From: Chrysomallon squamiferum
Taxonomy: Eukaryota > Animalia > Mollusca
Direction: 5' to 3'
Assembly (NCBI GenBank): GCA_012295275.1
Contig: CM022665.1
Coordinates: 25,420,001-25,484,000 of the forward strand
Length of the DNA stretch: 64,000 bases
Shown here: one piece after another, positions 63,116 to 64,000 of the stretch
How positions within the stretch are numbered: position 1 is the first letter of the stretch
Layout of the letters: each line of letters begins with the position of its first letter
Notes under the pieces: generated by a model
The model's database searches: none
What the model was told of the DNA's origin: nothing
The model's input: only the letters and a program-made list of their open reading frames with translations
Program-made: the position numbers and the translations under genes

Positions 63116-64000
63116 AATGTGCTTATAGTGATGTTTCATTCTCCAACAACATTATGTATTTGTGATTCAGTTGAATAAAATATTGCCTCAATTTTTCTGG
63201 GTCCATAGAAACATTATGCAAAGTTCACAGTGACACAGGATTGGTTTCCTTGCAAGTGCATGTTTTACATTATAATACTGATGAAAAACAAAAGGACAGA
63301 GATGAATCAGCAGTACTTAGATGATATATGAACACGTGTGAAGGTGTAGGACATCTCTGTATAAAATTAGTTTGAAAGGGGAAACAAATTTACATTTCTC
63401 ACTATTTATTTTGTTTTGTTACTTGAACAAATTTATTATTACTATTTATTTATTTACATTATTATTATTATTCTTATGTGGTTTTTTGTTGTTATTTTTT
63501 TTTTAGGGGTTTTGAGGGGTTTTTTTTTGCAAATAAAAAATATTTTAACCAGACAAAATTTTCAAAATATTAAATTCCTTTTTGGGATATTACCACTGTA
63601 ATCAATGCGACTTTAACATAACTGACCTCCTTCCTTCATGAGATTATTATACAGCCCCCACAAAGTGTTTGATAAGCACTTGTACTGCCATATCCTCCTC
63701 ACTTTAATTTTATCTGCCTCTATTTCCTGTAGTTAAGGACTGACCCTTTTCAAAAGCAGATATTTCAAATCTTAAACTGCGTAAAGCTATTGGATAAAAA
63801 GTTAGTGTTATGAAAAGACAGTCAAAACCTTTTTAGATAAAATACCGGAAGATACAGCATAAAGGATTGGTTATGATTTTTGTTAAAAGGCATATTTCTT
63901 TGTTAAAATAGTAGAATAATAAAAATGTGCTCATGTCTGAGAAATAAATAATGATGATAATTTTTTGTAAATAGCATTCTTAGTTTTATTTGTAGTTTTC

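Overview
AT-rich (roughly 25-30% GC by eye), intron-rich animal genomic DNA, probably lophotrochozoan/mollusc-like (inferred from retention of AP-4, a U12 intron and protein style). It is not prokaryotic, so most ORF-track entries are exon fragments or noise. Hand-assembled genes: the last four exons of PPP2R3C (+); a candidate 124-aa two-exon gene (-) resembling C1orf115/RDD1; complete DCAF5 (+, 9 exons, 838 aa); complete AP4M1 (-, 13 coding exons, 444 aa, with one U12-type and one GC-AG intron); complete Akt/PKB (+); and the first three coding exons of TRIP11/GMAP-210 (+). A decayed Academ-like DNA transposon carrying a nested pogo-like element lies at about 4.7-7.7 kb. The main finding is that the single Akt gene has two tandem-duplicated, intact alternative terminal exons, each encoding a whole AGC C-terminal tail. 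Tail B keeps the hydrophobic motif but lacks the canonical YFD/TIM-Thr motif. The preceding long intron is rich in Rbfox (TGCATG) sites, suggesting a regulated PKC-betaI/II-like tail switch in Akt. TRIP11 intron 1 also holds candidate alternative exons.
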